Origin: Ranitomeya imitator
Taxonomy: Eukaryota
Direction of reading: 5' to 3'
Assembly (NCBI RefSeq): GCF_032444005.1
Contig: NC_091282.1
Span: 968,006,001 to 968,070,000, forward strand
Length of the DNA stretch: 64,000 bases
Part shown: positions 63,988 to 64,000 of the stretch, piece by piece
Numbering within the stretch: position 1 is the first letter of the stretch
Layout of the letters: every line of letters begins with the position of its first letter
The notes under the pieces: generated by a model
Told to the model about the DNA's origin: nothing
Databases searched by the model: none
What the model saw: the letters and a program-made list of their open reading frames with translations, nothing else
Made by a program: the position numbers and the translations under genes

Positions 63988-64000
63988 ATTCTATGTGTAC

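Larger units (their letters stand above)
61736..64000. mobile_element. Large Harbinger-type non-autonomous element continuing past the window end
   Basis: TAA|ggccggcttcacactcagcgta terminus; right end not in the window. Confidence 0.55.

Overview
Vertebrate, non-coding-dominated window; the repeat families point to a frog, and a dendrobatid-like genome is an inference. The only host coding sequence I can support is the 81-nt first coding exon of ankyrin-2 (ank2) on the minus strand at 23961-24041. It translates to MSEESHAKTDGAEKPNGANVRRKRPRK, which aligns without gaps to human ANK2 (M)[27 protein letters not shown] (recalled from memory) and ends at a phase-0 GTGAGC donor. It sits in a CpG island with an RFX X-box. 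Everything left of it is ank2 intron 1 (exon 2, SDSNASFLRAAR, was not found); everything right of it is upstream sequence or intron of more distal ank2 promoters. The rest is nested transposons (Tc1, Tc2-like, hAT, piggyBac-like, Kolobok/T2- and Harbinger-type MITEs, CR1, L2, an RTE-X-like 3' end, two solo LTRs), several minisatellites/satellites and three N gaps. Most ORF-track entries are repeat artefacts. I found no CRISPR array, tRNA/rRNA or novel multi-gene protein system. Best leads: (1) a ~1.9-kb fold-back palindrome carrying a divergent pair of consensus CTCF motifs; (2) a 5-kb constant-core/(TA)n-spacer array starting ~340 bp into ank2 intron 1; (3) a uORF whose stop overlaps the ank2 start codon (AUGA); (4) a 57-61 bp satellite with higher-order structure apparently grown inside a MITE; (5) two 18-bp arrays 32 kb apart that both read G-S-x-x-P-V/E; (6) a CR1 bracketed by a displaced 16-bp direct repeat.
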